Assembly (NCBI GenBank): GCA_029203185.1
Contig: CP119310.1
Coordinates: 3,626,052 to 3,690,051, forward strand
Origin: Candidatus Chryseobacterium colombiense
GTDB taxonomy: Bacteria; Bacteroidota; Bacteroidia; Flavobacteriales; Weeksellaceae
Reading direction: 5' to 3'
Length of the DNA stretch: 64,000 nt
Numbering within the stretch: the first letter of the stretch is position 1; each line of letters starts with the position of its first letter. Position numbers and translations under genes: made by a program. Positions 1 through 9,344 of the stretch are shown in pieces. The notes under the pieces were generated by a model that was not told where the DNA came from, did no database searches, and was given only the letters and a program-made list of their open reading frames with translations.

Positions 1-321
1 CATTACTTTTACTAATTCTTCACATTCCAATTTTAAATGTAGAATTTTTTCCTCATTTAAATATCCTAATTCCTCAATTATTTCCAGCCAGAATTGAGTC
101 TCATCAATTTCCTCAACAACAATACAAATTTTTGCAAACCTTTCTTTTTCGGATCTTGCTCTTGAAGCGGCCCTGTAATTGGCCGCAACAGATGTTGCAG
201 ATCTGATAATTTGTTTTCTGATTATTGAAAGATCATCAGAATAAGCTAATGGCGATAAAGATTTAATAATAGAGACAGAAATTTTTTTAGTTATATCTCT
301 AAATGTTTGATTAAAATCCAT
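1..321 (-). CDS. four-helix-bundle protein (23S rRNA intervening-sequence protein family); C-terminus runs off the window
   Basis: Own translation from ATG at 321-319: MDFNQTFRDITKK...RKQIIRSATSVAANYRAASRARSEKERFAKICIVVEEIDETQFWLEIIEELGYL. The frame stays open to position 1, which is why it is missing from the ORF track (no stop in window). The helix pattern matches my memory of the TIGR02436-type family. Confidence 0.6.
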   Translation of the reverse strand, partial: MDFNQTFRDITKKISVSIIKSLSPLAYSDDLSIIRKQIIRSATSVAANYRAASRARSEKERFAKICIVVEEIDETQFWLEIIEELGYLNEEKILHLKLECEELVKVM

Positions 322-366
322 AGTAGTAAAAATTACTCATTGCCCATTACTTAATACTAATAATAT

Positions 367-825
367 TTATACTCTAACGGAATCGGGAACAAGCAGTTCA
401 TATTCTCCGCCATGGTTGATGATTTCTCTTACAATGCTGCTGCTGATAAAAGATTTTCCTGATGAAGTTAATAAAAATACCGTTTCCAGTTTTTTGTGAG
501 CCAGTGTTCTGTTGGTGTGGGCAATAGCTTTTTCAAATTCGAAATCTGCGGGATTTCTCAAGCCTCTTAAAATAAACTGAGCATTTTTTTCAAAACAGAA
601 ATCCACCGTTAAACCTTCAAAAAAATCAACTTCTACATTGGGAAATTCTGCTACGGAATTTTGAATAAATTCTATTCTTTTTTCCAGAGGAAACATATAT
701 TTTTTTTGAGAATTCTGACCAATTGCGATAATTAATTTATCAAAAAGCGGAGCTGCTCTTTCAATAATATCGTAGTGTCCTAGAGTAATGGGATCAAAAG
801 ATCCCGGGAAAACAGCAACTTTCAT
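367..825 (-). CDS. coaD: phosphopantetheine adenylyltransferase
   Basis: 152 aa. N-terminal MKVAVFPGSFDPITLGHYDII nucleotidyltransferase motif and C-terminal SSSIVREI are typical of CoaD. Confidence 0.95.
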   Translation of the reverse strand: MKVAVFPGSFDPITLGHYDIIERAAPLFDKLIIAIGQNSQKKYMFPLEKRIEFIQNSVAEFPNVEVDFFEGLTVDFCFEKNAQFILRGLRNPADFEFEKAIAHTNRTLAHKKLETVFLLTSSGKSFISSSIVREIINHGGEYELLVPDSVRV

Positions 826-829
826 ATTC

Positions 830-1282
830 TTAGTTGTTTTCGTTTGATTTTTCGTAAAATAGCCTCAAATTATCAATATTTAAGGTACAATCATTATTTA
901 AAACTTGATTGGAAGATAGGTTTAAAATTAGTTTATTTCTTCCTATAATTTTTGAATTTTTATACAATTTTTCAATTGGTCTGAAATTAATAATGTTTTC
1001 AAAATTCCCCGATTCATTTTTTTTAATAATTCCTGAAAATAATACTTTATTATCCAGAGAGGTAATTTCAAAATAGTTTGGAACTCTTTCGTTGTCAATT
1101 ACTATATCGTGCTTCATGATATATATAAAACACTTCTTTTTATCTAAATAAATTGCATCTTCTTTAAAGCTGACATCTTTAGGTTCAAGATTCGTTTTAG
1201 GAATATCTAATTTAAGAGTTTCTAAACTTTGAGAGGCTCCTAAAAAAGGAATTAAAAATAAAATCGCTAAAAAATTCTTCAT
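830..1282 (-). CDS. hypothetical secreted protein
   Basis: 150 aa with a signal-peptide-like N-terminus (MKNFLAILFLIPFLGASQS). It is tightly packed between ddl and coaD (gaps of 4-5 nt). No recognisable domain. Confidence 0.6.
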   Translation of the reverse strand: MKNFLAILFLIPFLGASQSLETLKLDIPKTNLEPKDVSFKEDAIYLDKKKCFIYIMKHDIVIDNERVPNYFEITSLDNKVLFSGIIKKNESGNFENIINFRPIEKLYKNSKIIGRNKLILNLSSNQVLNNDCTLNIDNLRLFYEKSNENN

Positions 1283-1287
1283 TATTT

Positions 1288-2271
1288 CTATTTGTTAAGA
1301 ACCTTTTCAACTTCATTTCCGCAAAGATCAGTGATGGAAATTCCATATATTTTTGCCTGTTGAGGAAGGATACTTGCAGGGGAGAATCCCGGGTTCGTAT
1401 TCATTTCCAGCATATAAGGAATTCCGTTCATCAGAATATATTCACTTCTTGAGAAACCGCTCATTCCTAAAGAATTATAAGCTCTTTTAGAGATTTCTTC
1501 CACTCGCAGTCTGGTTTCATCATCAATTCTTGCCGGAGTAATCTCTTCGGAAGCACCTTCATATTTTGCCTCATAATCGAAGAATTCGTTTTGAGGAACG
1601 ATTTCTGTAATTCCTAAAACAATAGTTTCCCCTTTATAATCAATCACTCCCACAGAAACTTCCATTCCGTCAAGGAAACTTTCGATCAAGATTTCATCAT
1701 CTTCTTTAAATGCAATTTCCGTTGCTGCAATCAATTCAGATTTTTCTTTAACTTTTGAAATTCCTAAAGAAGATCCCGACTGATTCGGCTTCACAAAAAC
1801 GGGAAGACCAAGGGTTTCTATAATTTCATCAACATTGATTTCTTCTCCTTTTCTTAAGTAAACACTTTTTGCGGAAGGAATTCCATATTTTGAAAGTACA
1901 GCTAATGTATCTTTTTTATTGAATGTTAAAGCACTTTGATAAAAGTCACAACCCGTGTATTTTTGTCCGATGGCATCCCAATAAGCCTGTAGTATTCCGT
2001 TTTCTCCGGGCGTTCCGTGGATGATATTAAAGCATACATCAAATTGTAATGTTTCATTATCACTTAATGTGACAGAAAAATCTCCCTTGTTAATGTTGTA
2101 TTTTGTGTCATTTTCGTCCAAAAAATACCATTCCTTTTTAAGGATAACTACTTTATATACATTGTATAAGTTTCTGTCTAAAGAATCAAAGATTAATTGA
2201 CCGCTTTTTAAGGATACAACGTATTCGTCGGAATAGCCTCCCATTACTACGGCAACATTTTTTTTGCTCAT
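1288..2271 (-). CDS. ddl: D-alanine--D-alanine ligase
   Basis: 327 aa with an ATP-grasp layout: VAVVMGGYSDEYVVSLKSG, HGTPGENG, FVKPNQSGSSLGISKV, LEMNTNPG. Confidence 0.95.
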   Translation of the reverse strand: MSKKNVAVVMGGYSDEYVVSLKSGQLIFDSLDRNLYNVYKVVILKKEWYFLDENDTKYNINKGDFSVTLSDNETLQFDVCFNIIHGTPGENGILQAYWDAIGQKYTGCDFYQSALTFNKKDTLAVLSKYGIPSAKSVYLRKGEEINVDEIIETLGLPVFVKPNQSGSSLGISKVKEKSELIAATEIAFKEDDEILIESFLDGMEVSVGVIDYKGETIVLGITEIVPQNEFFDYEAKYEGASEEITPARIDDETRLRVEEISKRAYNSLGMSGFSRSEYILMNGIPYMLEMNTNPGFSPASILPQQAKIYGISITDLCGNEVEKVLNK

Positions 2272-2292
2272 ATCTATATAGTATCAATGAAG

Positions 2293-2300
2293 CAAATTTA
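2293..2300 (-). promoter_or_regulatory. Bacteroidota -7 box TAAATTTG upstream of the ddl-coaD operon
   Basis: The plus strand reads CAAATTTA, so the minus strand reads TAAATTTG. This matches the TAnnTTTG sigmaA -7 consensus and lies about 22 nt upstream of the ddl ATG. Confidence 0.45.
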
Positions 2301-2390
2301 ATGATTTTATGGAATCTGAACCGTGAAAATAAGAAATTTTAAAATCTGAATGAATTGTGTTAAATAAAAGTACATTCTAAAATTATTAGC

Positions 2391-2398
2391 TATATTTG
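2391..2398 (+). promoter_or_regulatory. -7 box TATATTTG upstream of the PASTA-domain gene
   Basis: Exact TAnnTTTG match 27 nt upstream of the ATG at 2425. Confidence 0.45.
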
Positions 2399-2424
2399 CC
2401 GTTATAATTAAAGTCATTTTAAGT

Positions 2425-3483
2425 ATGTTTAAATCACTTTTCAATTGGAAAGTTTTACTGAATTTATTAGTAGCCATCGGTGTTTTTGTGGGGTTGGTTT
2501 GGCTTACCTTCCGTTGGTTGGAATATCATACTAATCATGGTCAGGAAATTCCTGTCCCGAATGTGGTTAATAAAACCGTACATGAAGCAATCAAAATATT
2601 AGATGATACAGGACTGGAATATGAAGTAGACAGTTCAAAATATGATCCTAAGTTCAGACCTTTTCAGGTTCTTCAGGTATTTCCTTCGCCAGGTTCCCGT
2701 GTAAAAGACGGAAGAACGGTGAGATTGAAAGTGAATCCTAAGACCTGGGCTGCGATTGCTCTGCCGGATGTAATCAATAAATATTCCGGATTGGCTTTCC
2801 AGAGATTGGAACAGGTAGGTTTAAAAGTGGGTGATACAATCTATGAACCAAGTATTCAGAAAGATGCGGTTCTTAGAGTTCTATTTAAAGGAGTAGAAGT
2901 AAAGCCTAAAACCAAACTGCCAAGATTCTCCATTGTAGACGTGGTGATCGGCTCCGGACCGATGAGAAATATCGGAATTCCTAGTGTCGTTGGGTTAACG
3001 ATAAAAGAGGCAAAAGCACTTATTATCAGAAGTAAGTTTGAAGTAGGAGTTATAGAGTTTGAAGATGGAGGTAAAGATGAATCTGATATTGTATATTATC
3101 AGGATCCTGCAGCAGGAGATGTCAGGGATCAAGGAATGCAGATCGATATTTGGGCGAGCAAAAGAACGCCGGCAGAGTTAAGAAATAAAATTGACCAGCT
3201 TAATTCTATGTATCGTATGAAAGTAGATACGGCACTTCCTCCTGTAAGATATGAAGAAGTGGCGGTAGAACCTACTCATGCGGTTGAACCTGCTCCGGCT
3301 CCTAAAAAAGAAATTCCTAAACCAGAACCAGCCAAGTCGGAACCTCAAAAGACTACTACGAATGTAAAGCCGGCAACTGCTACAGAGGATAAAGCAAAAA
3401 CGACAGGAAGCAATATCAAAGGAACTACACAGCAACCTGCTGAAAGACCAAAAGCTAAAAAGGAAAAGGTAATTATTCAATAA
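2425..3483 (+). CDS. PASTA domain-containing membrane protein
   Basis: 352 aa. N-terminal TM helix (LLNLLVAIGVFVGLVWLTF), then repeated roughly 65-aa units of the form VPNVVNKTVHEA...L and IPSVVGLTIKEAKALI, and a P/K/E-rich low-complexity tail. Confidence 0.8.
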   Translation: MFKSLFNWKVLLNLLVAIGVFVGLVWLTFRWLEYHTNHGQEIPVPNVVNKTVHEAIKILDDTGLEYEVDSSKYDPKFRPFQVLQVFPSPGSRVKDGRTVRLKVNPKTWAAIALPDVINKYSGLAFQRLEQVGLKVGDTIYEPSIQKDAVLRVLFKGVEVKPKTKLPRFSIVDVVIGSGPMRNIGIPSVVGLTIKEAKALIIRSKFEVGVIEFEDGGKDESDIVYYQDPAAGDVRDQGMQIDIWASKRTPAELRNKIDQLNSMYRMKVDTALPPVRYEEVAVEPTHAVEPAPAPKKEIPKPEPAKSEPQKTTTNVKPATATEDKAKTTGSNIKGTTQQPAERPKAKKEKVIIQ

Positions 3484-3508
3484 TATTACCGTTATTATAA
3501 AAATTACA

Positions 3509-3539
3509 GGCTTCAACTTTACTATGTTGAAGCCTTTTG
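3509..3539 (+). terminator. rho-independent terminator after the PASTA gene
   Basis: GGCTTCAAC (3509-3517) pairs with GTTGAAGCC (3526-3534), followed by TTTTG. Confidence 0.6.
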
Positions 3540-3555
3540 CATAAAAAATAAAACA

Positions 3556-4629
3556 ATGACAGAAGATAACGAAGATTTTTTAGATGAAGAATTATTAAAT
3601 GCGAACAGCATTGATAATATCGATATTGATGAAGAAAATAAAGGATTGTATGAACATCTTAATCTCACTGTTGATAAAAGCCAGGAACCCTTAAGAATTG
3701 ACAAGTTTTTATTGATCTTTCGTCAGAATTCTTCAAGAAATAAAATTTCCCAGACTTGCAGGGCGGGGAATGTTATTGTGAACGGAACTGCAGTAAAACA
3801 GAATTACCGTGTAAAACCAGGAGATCAGATTTCTGTGCTATTGGCACATCCTCCAAGAGAAAATGTAATTATTCCACAAGATATTCCTATTAATATCGTT
3901 TATGAAGATGATGACCTTGTAGTAGTAGATAAAGATCCCGGAATGGTTGTTCATCCCGGATTTGGAAATTGGGACGGAACTTTGGTAAATGCATTGGCTT
4001 TTCATTTTGAAAAAAATGGTTCCAAATCTGATCTGGACAGAGTAGGATTGGTGCACAGAATCGATAAAGATACTTCCGGGTTACTTGTTATAGCCAAAAA
4101 TGAATATGCTTTAAGCTTTCTGGCAAAACAGTTTTTTGACAGGAAAACAAAGAGGCTATACTGGGCTTTTGTATGGGGAAATGTTCAGGACGATGAGGGA
4201 ACAATAAGAGGTCATATCGGGCGACATCCCAAAAACAGGATGCAGATGCATACCTATGAAGACGGAAGTCAGGGAAAACATGCGGTAACACACTATAAAG
4301 TATTAGAGAGATTTAAATATATGACCTGGGTGGAGTGTAAACTGGAAACCGGAAGAACTCACCAGATCAGAGCACACTTTAAACATATTGGTCATACCTT
4401 ATTTAATGATGAAAGATACGAGGGGCATACGCCTCTTCGTGGAGTGAATCTGCCTAAGTATAAGCAGTTTATAAAAAATGTATTTGAAATTTTGCCTAGA
4501 CATGCGCTTCATGCCCATACTTTAGGATTTATACATCCGACGACGAAGAAAGAATTATATTTTGAGAGCCCAATGCCAAAAGATATGGCGGATGCTGTAA
4601 AAAAATGGAGAAATTATTTAGAAAACTAA
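3556..4629 (+). CDS. rluD: RluA/RluD-family 23S rRNA pseudouridine synthase
   Basis: 357 aa. S4-like N-terminal region, the catalytic HRIDKDTSGLLVIAK motif, and GRTHQIRAH. Confidence 0.9.
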   Translation: MTEDNEDFLDEELLNANSIDNIDIDEENKGLYEHLNLTVDKSQEPLRIDKFLLIFRQNSSRNKISQTCRAGNVIVNGTAVKQNYRVKPGDQISVLLAHPPRENVIIPQDIPINIVYEDDDLVVVDKDPGMVVHPGFGNWDGTLVNALAFHFEKNGSKSDLDRVGLVHRIDKDTSGLLVIAKNEYALSFLAKQFFDRKTKRLYWAFVWGNVQDDEGTIRGHIGRHPKNRMQMHTYEDGSQGKHAVTHYKVLERFKYMTWVECKLETGRTHQIRAHFKHIGHTLFNDERYEGHTPLRGVNLPKYKQFIKNVFEILPRHALHAHTLGFIHPTTKKELYFESPMPKDMADAVKKWRNYLEN

Positions 4630-4649
4630 AAATATATTGAGAATTTTTT

Positions 4650-4657
4650 TATATTTG
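4650..4657 (+). promoter_or_regulatory. -7 box TATATTTG upstream of the PorP/SprF gene
   Basis: Exact TAnnTTTG. Its position argues that the ATG at 4681, not the TTG at 4663, is the start codon. Confidence 0.4.
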
Positions 4658-4680
4658 TTGAATTGAAATCAAGATTTGTT

Positions 4681-5631
4681 ATGAGAAAACTATATGCTAT
4701 CGTATGTTTAGCTCTTTTGTCGAATGCATACAAAGCACAAGAATCACTTCCATATTATCAACAATACTTATTGGATGGTGATTTCCTGTTCAACCCTGCT
4801 CAGTATGGAAAAACAGATGACGTACAACTTAATCTCAACTACCAACAGCAATTTTCAAAGTTCAGCGAGTCTCCCAATGTACAATCAGTGGGGATCAACG
4901 CTAATATCTTTGATAGAGTAGGTGCAGGGATTTCTGTATTTAGAGATAGCAACGGCCCTATTTCTGCTGGAGGTATCACAGCAGGAGCTTCTTACTTTAT
5001 TCCTTTAAGTAGTGAAGGAGACAGAAAAGATCAGTTCTCTTTTGGTACGAGTGTTAATTTTTACAATATGAATTTTGATTATTCAAAAATCAATACTGAA
5101 GAAGGTTATGATCCATTATTACAGGGGAACGAAAGCAATATTTTCATGGTGTATGCTAACTTCGGTTTAGCAGCTACCTATAGAAACTTATTTGGAGGGG
5201 TGTCTGTTAATGATATTGCTTTGAGTAATGACCAATCTATTGTTAATAACTATGAGCCATCTCCGATTAAGTTCTTCTTAAATTTAGGATATGACTGGCA
5301 TGTAGGTGATAATATGTATTTCTCTCCGTCAGTATTGGTAAACCTGAATACCAACTCTACAAGACTTATCGATTATAACTTGATGGCTACTTTCTTTAAT
5401 GACATCAACTCATTCTCTTTCGGGGTAAGTTATAGAGCTGCTCAGAATAGATTTGATAATCAGCAGTTACAGATTGCTCCGGTTGTTAAAGTTAAATTTA
5501 ACAAGTTTATGGTAGGAGCTACTTACAACTTAGGATTATCTGATATCCAGAGTTATGGAGGAAACAGCTTCATGGTAAGTGTAGGTTATAACTTCGATAA
5601 TTTCATTAACCGTAGAGGATATAGATATTAA
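4681..5631 (+). CDS. type IX secretion system membrane protein, PorP/SprF family
   Basis: Signal peptide MRKLYAIVCLALLSNAYKAQ, then the family-typical LPYYQQYLLDGDFLFNPAQYG opening and beta-barrel-like alternating sequence ending in RGYRY. Start moved to the ATG at 4681. Confidence 0.8.
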   Translation: MRKLYAIVCLALLSNAYKAQESLPYYQQYLLDGDFLFNPAQYGKTDDVQLNLNYQQQFSKFSESPNVQSVGINANIFDRVGAGISVFRDSNGPISAGGITAGASYFIPLSSEGDRKDQFSFGTSVNFYNMNFDYSKINTEEGYDPLLQGNESNIFMVYANFGLAATYRNLFGGVSVNDIALSNDQSIVNNYEPSPIKFFLNLGYDWHVGDNMYFSPSVLVNLNTNSTRLIDYNLMATFFNDINSFSFGVSYRAAQNRFDNQQLQIAPVVKVKFNKFMVGATYNLGLSDIQSYGGNSFMVSVGYNFDNFINRRGYRY

Positions 5632-5654
5632 TCAATTTAATTTAAATAAATTTG

Positions 5655-5681
5655 AGCTCTGAATTTTTCAGAGCTTTTTTT
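5655..5681 (+). terminator. rho-independent terminator after the PorP/SprF gene
   Basis: AGCTCTGAA (5655-5663) pairs with TTCAGAGCT (5667-5675), followed by a T-run to 5681. It overlaps the TTG-initiated part of the track ORF. Confidence 0.7.
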
Positions 5682-6806
5682 ATGATTTATATACACATTC
5701 CGTTTTGTAAGCAAAAATGCAGTTACTGTAATTTTCATTTTTCCACTTCTTTAAACTTTAAAGATGAAATGCTTGCTGCGATGAAGAAAGAAATCTTCAA
5801 ACGAAAAGATGAGCTGCAAAACAAAAACCTCCATTCCCTTTATTTTGGTGGCGGAACTCCGTCAATTCTCTCTCCTGATGAAATTAAATCTTTAATAGAT
5901 GAAGTTTTAAAATATTTCAGTTTTGAAAAAGATATTGAAATTACGCTGGAAGCTAATCCGGATGATTTAGGGAAAGATTTTCTGAAAGGACTTTCGACTT
6001 CTCCTGTAAACAGATTGTCAATAGGAACTCAGAGCTTCTTTGAAGAAGATTTGAAATTGATGAATCGTGCACATACAGCATCGGAAGCAGAAGATTCTAT
6101 CAAAAGAGCGCAGGATTTTGGTTTTGAAAATCTGAGTATTGATTTAATTTATGGTTCACCGACTTCCAATCTTGATATCTGGAAAGAAAATCTGAATAAA
6201 ACAATAGCTCTTGAAGTTCCTCATATTTCTTCTTATGCTTTGACTGTGGAACCAAAAACTGCTTTAGAAAACTGGATTTCAAAAGGAAAAGTAGTCAGTC
6301 CAAAAGAAGAGGAACAGAATAAGGAATTCTATTATTTATCAGACTTTTTAAAAGATAATGGTTTTGAGCATTATGAAGTTTCCAATTTTGCTAAACCTGG
6401 ATTTTACTCAAGACATAATTCTGCATACTGGAAATATAAGGAATATCTTGGAATTGGCCCGTCTGCACATTCTTACAATGGTTTTGATATCAGGAGCTGG
6501 AATGTTGCCAATAATCAACAATATATTAAAAGACTGAATTCAAACCTTCTGGCTAAAGAAGAAGAAATCCTTTCTCAGGAAGACCAGTTTAATGAGATGA
6601 TTATGATAGGCTTAAGAACAATATGGGGCGTTGATCTTGTAAGCTTGAAAGAAACATTCAGTGAAAATATTCTTGAACATTTTCAAAACGAAATTAAAAC
6701 AAAGCTGCAGGAAGGAATGTTAACCATTGATAATAACCATTTGAAAATTCCAGAAAAACATTGGTTTATGGCCGATGGAATTGCTTCCGATTTGTTTTTT
6801 GTTTAA
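5682..6806 (+). CDS. hemW: radical SAM heme chaperone HemW (HemN-like, oxygen-independent coproporphyrinogen oxidase family)
   Basis: Starts MIYIHIPFCKQKCSYCNFHF (CxxxCxxC radical SAM motif) and has a HemN C-terminal-like region. Start set at the ATG at 5682, just after the upstream terminator. Confidence 0.9.
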   Translation: MIYIHIPFCKQKCSYCNFHFSTSLNFKDEMLAAMKKEIFKRKDELQNKNLHSLYFGGGTPSILSPDEIKSLIDEVLKYFSFEKDIEITLEANPDDLGKDFLKGLSTSPVNRLSIGTQSFFEEDLKLMNRAHTASEAEDSIKRAQDFGFENLSIDLIYGSPTSNLDIWKENLNKTIALEVPHISSYALTVEPKTALENWISKGKVVSPKEEEQNKEFYYLSDFLKDNGFEHYEVSNFAKPGFYSRHNSAYWKYKEYLGIGPSAHSYNGFDIRSWNVANNQQYIKRLNSNLLAKEEEILSQEDQFNEMIMIGLRTIWGVDLVSLKETFSENILEHFQNEIKTKLQEGMLTIDNNHLKIPEKHWFMADGIASDLFFV

Positions 6807-6839
6807 ATTGATCATCAAAAATAAACTACAAGTATAACT

Positions 6840-8435
6840 ATGAAACTAAAATTGTTTTTCTTCCTGTTTTTTATAGGGGCTTTAATGTATGCTCAGAAAC
6901 CTATTTTTGTAAAAGCAAAAGTGAATGCCGTAAATGTATACCGAACATCAGCAGAATTACAAAGCTCTGTGAATGTATCATTACCGGCAGGAACATCTGA
7001 AATTGTGGTGACCAATATTTCCAATGAAATAAATGAAAGATCACTTCAAATCAATTTTAATAATAAGAATATTGCAATTCTTTCGGCTCAATATACCGAT
7101 AACTACGTCTCTGAATATGATATGGATAAAACCAATCCGAGAATCAAAAAGGCGACGGACAGTATTACTATTGTAGAAAATCTTTTAGCAAAAGCAAATA
7201 TTGAGCTGGATGCAAATAATAAAACCCTTGAACTTTTAGATAAAAATCAGACTGTTTTGGTAGGAAGTAATACTTCTAATGTTGCCCAGCTTATGCAACT
7301 TACAGACTACTACAAAAATAAAAGAGTAGAAGTAAGCGAAACGATTTCATCGATCAATAAAAAGACGAAGGAGCTACAAAAGAAATTAAACCGTTTAAAA
7401 AGCAGTCTTAAAATAAATTCTGAACTGGAAGAAAATCTATCTGATGGAGTTCTGATTTTAAAAGTAATGAGCAGTACAGCCTCAAGTACGAAGTTAGATA
7501 TTGGTTATCTTGCAGAAAGCGTTTCTTGGGAACCATTTTATGAAGTAAGAGGAAATAAGATTTCTGAGCCTTTAGATGTGACTTTTAAAGCGAAATTGAG
7601 ACAAAATACAGGATTAGACTGGAAAGGAGTAAAATTATCCCTGATTAATTCCAGATCTTCAAGAAATAATATGGCTCCTGTTCTTAGACCCTGGTTTTTA
7701 CAATCTGAAAAAAATGAAGATATTATAAATGCAGGAAGGCAAGCTTCATTTTCTGATTCGGCCAAAGAAAAAAATATTGAAGAAGTTGTGGTGGTTGGGT
7801 ATGGTGTAAGAATTATTGAGAATCAATTGAATATGAGTTTCGATGTAGATGTTCCTTACGATATTCTTTCTAATAATCAGGATCATTTTATTAATCTTAA
7901 GCAGATTAAAATACCTGCTGATTATAAATACTATACTGCACCTAAAGCTGGAAATGATGCATATTTAATTGCTACTATTAAAGATTTTAATAAATATAAT
8001 TTGATCTCAGGTTCTGCCAATGTAATTTTTGAAAATATGTTTATCGGAGAGACGAGAATTAACCCAAATCAGGTAACAGATGAATTAAATATTACACTTG
8101 GAGATGACAAAAAAATAAGTATTCGAAAAGAAATTGTCGATGATAAAGCCAGCGTAAAATTCTTTTCTTCTTATCAGGAGAAAACCTTTACTTATGATAT
8201 TGTGGTACGAAATAATAAAAAAGATGCGATTGATATTGAAATTAAAGACCAATATCCTTTAAGTAAGGATGAATCAGTTAAAATAGAATTATTACAAGCT
8301 GATAAAGCTGAAGTAGATAAAGAAAAAGGCTTTTTAACCTGGAATCTTAAAATATCTTCTAATGAAACTAAAAAAATAAGAGTAAGCTATAAAGTAAGAT
8401 ATCCGAAAGATTATTCAATCAGTAATCTTAATTAA
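6840..8435 (+). CDS. DUF4139/DUF4140 (MuiA-like) domain-containing protein
   Basis: 531 aa with a signal peptide, an N-terminal VNVYRTSAEL...L segment, a central coiled-coil and a long beta-rich C-terminus. Assigned from memory of the Bacteroidota MuiA-family layout. Confidence 0.55.
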   Translation: MKLKLFFFLFFIGALMYAQKPIFVKAKVNAVNVYRTSAELQSSVNVSLPAGTSEIVVTNISNEINERSLQINFNNKNIAILSAQYTDNYVSEYDMDKTNPRIKKATDSITIVENLLAKANIELDANNKTLELLDKNQTVLVGSNTSNVAQLMQLTDYYKNKRVEVSETISSINKKTKELQKKLNRLKSSLKINSELEENLSDGVLILKVMSSTASSTKLDIGYLAESVSWEPFYEVRGNKISEPLDVTFKAKLRQNTGLDWKGVKLSLINSRSSRNNMAPVLRPWFLQSEKNEDIINAGRQASFSDSAKEKNIEEVVVVGYGVRIIENQLNMSFDVDVPYDILSNNQDHFINLKQIKIPADYKYYTAPKAGNDAYLIATIKDFNKYNLISGSANVIFENMFIGETRINPNQVTDELNITLGDDKKISIRKEIVDDKASVKFFSSYQEKTFTYDIVVRNNKKDAIDIEIKDQYPLSKDESVKIELLQADKAEVDKEKGFLTWNLKISSNETKKIRVSYKVRYPKDYSISNLN

Positions 8436-8451
8436 TTACGATTCTATTCCT

Positions 8452-8459
8452 TATTTTTG
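8452..8459 (+). promoter_or_regulatory. -7 box TATTTTTG upstream of murI
   Basis: Exact TAnnTTTG 20 nt upstream of the TTG start at 8479. Confidence 0.4.
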
Positions 8460-8478
8460 TATAAAATTTCAGCTCGAT

Positions 8479-9309
8479 TTGAAAAATAAAAAACCAGACT
8501 ATTCGCATCTTTCATCCAACCAGCCTATCGGTATTTTTGATAGCGGGGTAGGAGGTTTGACGGTAGCTAAAGAGATAAAAAGGCTTCTTCCTCATGAGGA
8601 TTTAATTTATTTTGGTGATACAAAACATCTTCCTTATGGTGAAAAATCTAAGGAAGCCATTATAGAATATTCTACAAAGATTACCAATTTTTTATTGGAA
8701 CAGAACTGTAAAGCGATTGTCATTGCGTGCAACACAGCAACGGCCAATGCTTTAGACCAAGTAATGCAATCTGTTGCAGGCAGAGTTCCTGTTATTGATG
8801 TTATCAACCCTGTAGCGGAAAAAGTTTCGTATGAAATCCATAATAATGTTGGAGTTATCGCGACAAAAGCTACGGTGAATTCCGGATTATACAAAAAGAG
8901 TATTCGTAAACATAATAAATGGATTAAAGTAGATGAATTGGCGACACCTTTATTGGTTCCTGCTATTGAAGAAGGCTTTAAAAACCATCCGATTACCCAT
9001 GCTATTATCTATAATTACTTAAGCAATAGCAAGCTGAAAAATATTGAAACGCTGATTCTAGGATGTACTCATTATCCTTTATTGATCGATGAAATCAAAC
9101 AGTATTATGGAAACCGTGTTCGTGTGATTGATTCACCGAATATTGTGGCGAATCATTTAAAAATTATTTTAGATAAATATAATCTTTTAAATGAAAACAA
9201 TCCGAAGCCTAATTATCACTTCTACTTATCTGACCTGACTAAAAATTTCGAAAAAATCTCAAAGAAATTCTTCGGGAAAACAATAGATCTGGAACTGAAA
9301 GTATTATAA
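8479..9309 (+). CDS. murI: glutamate racemase
   Basis: 276 aa with IGIFDSGVGGLTV, IACNTATA and LGCTHYPLL (the two catalytic Cys motifs). Confidence 0.95.
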   Translation: MKNKKPDYSHLSSNQPIGIFDSGVGGLTVAKEIKRLLPHEDLIYFGDTKHLPYGEKSKEAIIEYSTKITNFLLEQNCKAIVIACNTATANALDQVMQSVAGRVPVIDVINPVAEKVSYEIHNNVGVIATKATVNSGLYKKSIRKHNKWIKVDELATPLLVPAIEEGFKNHPITHAIIYNYLSNSKLKNIETLILGCTHYPLLIDEIKQYYGNRVRVIDSPNIVANHLKIILDKYNLLNENNPKPNYHFYLSDLTKNFEKISKKFFGKTIDLELKVL

Positions 9310-9310
9310 A

Positions 9311-9342
9311 TAAAAAAAGACTCAAAAAAGAGTCTTTTTTTT
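9311..9342. terminator. bidirectional terminator between murI and the nitroreductase gene
   Basis: A-run, then AGACTC (9318-9323), loop, GAGTCT (9330-9335), then a T-run. The flanking genes are convergent. Confidence 0.6.
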
Positions 9343-9344
9343 AT

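Noticed and set aside
3178-3704. Track ORFs 3178..3516 (-) and 3522..3704 (-), antisense to the PASTA tail and the rluD 5' end
   Set aside because: The translations are low-complexity (F/R/S-rich). They lie antisense to genes with clear motifs, and one spans a terminator hairpin. They are most likely frame artefacts.
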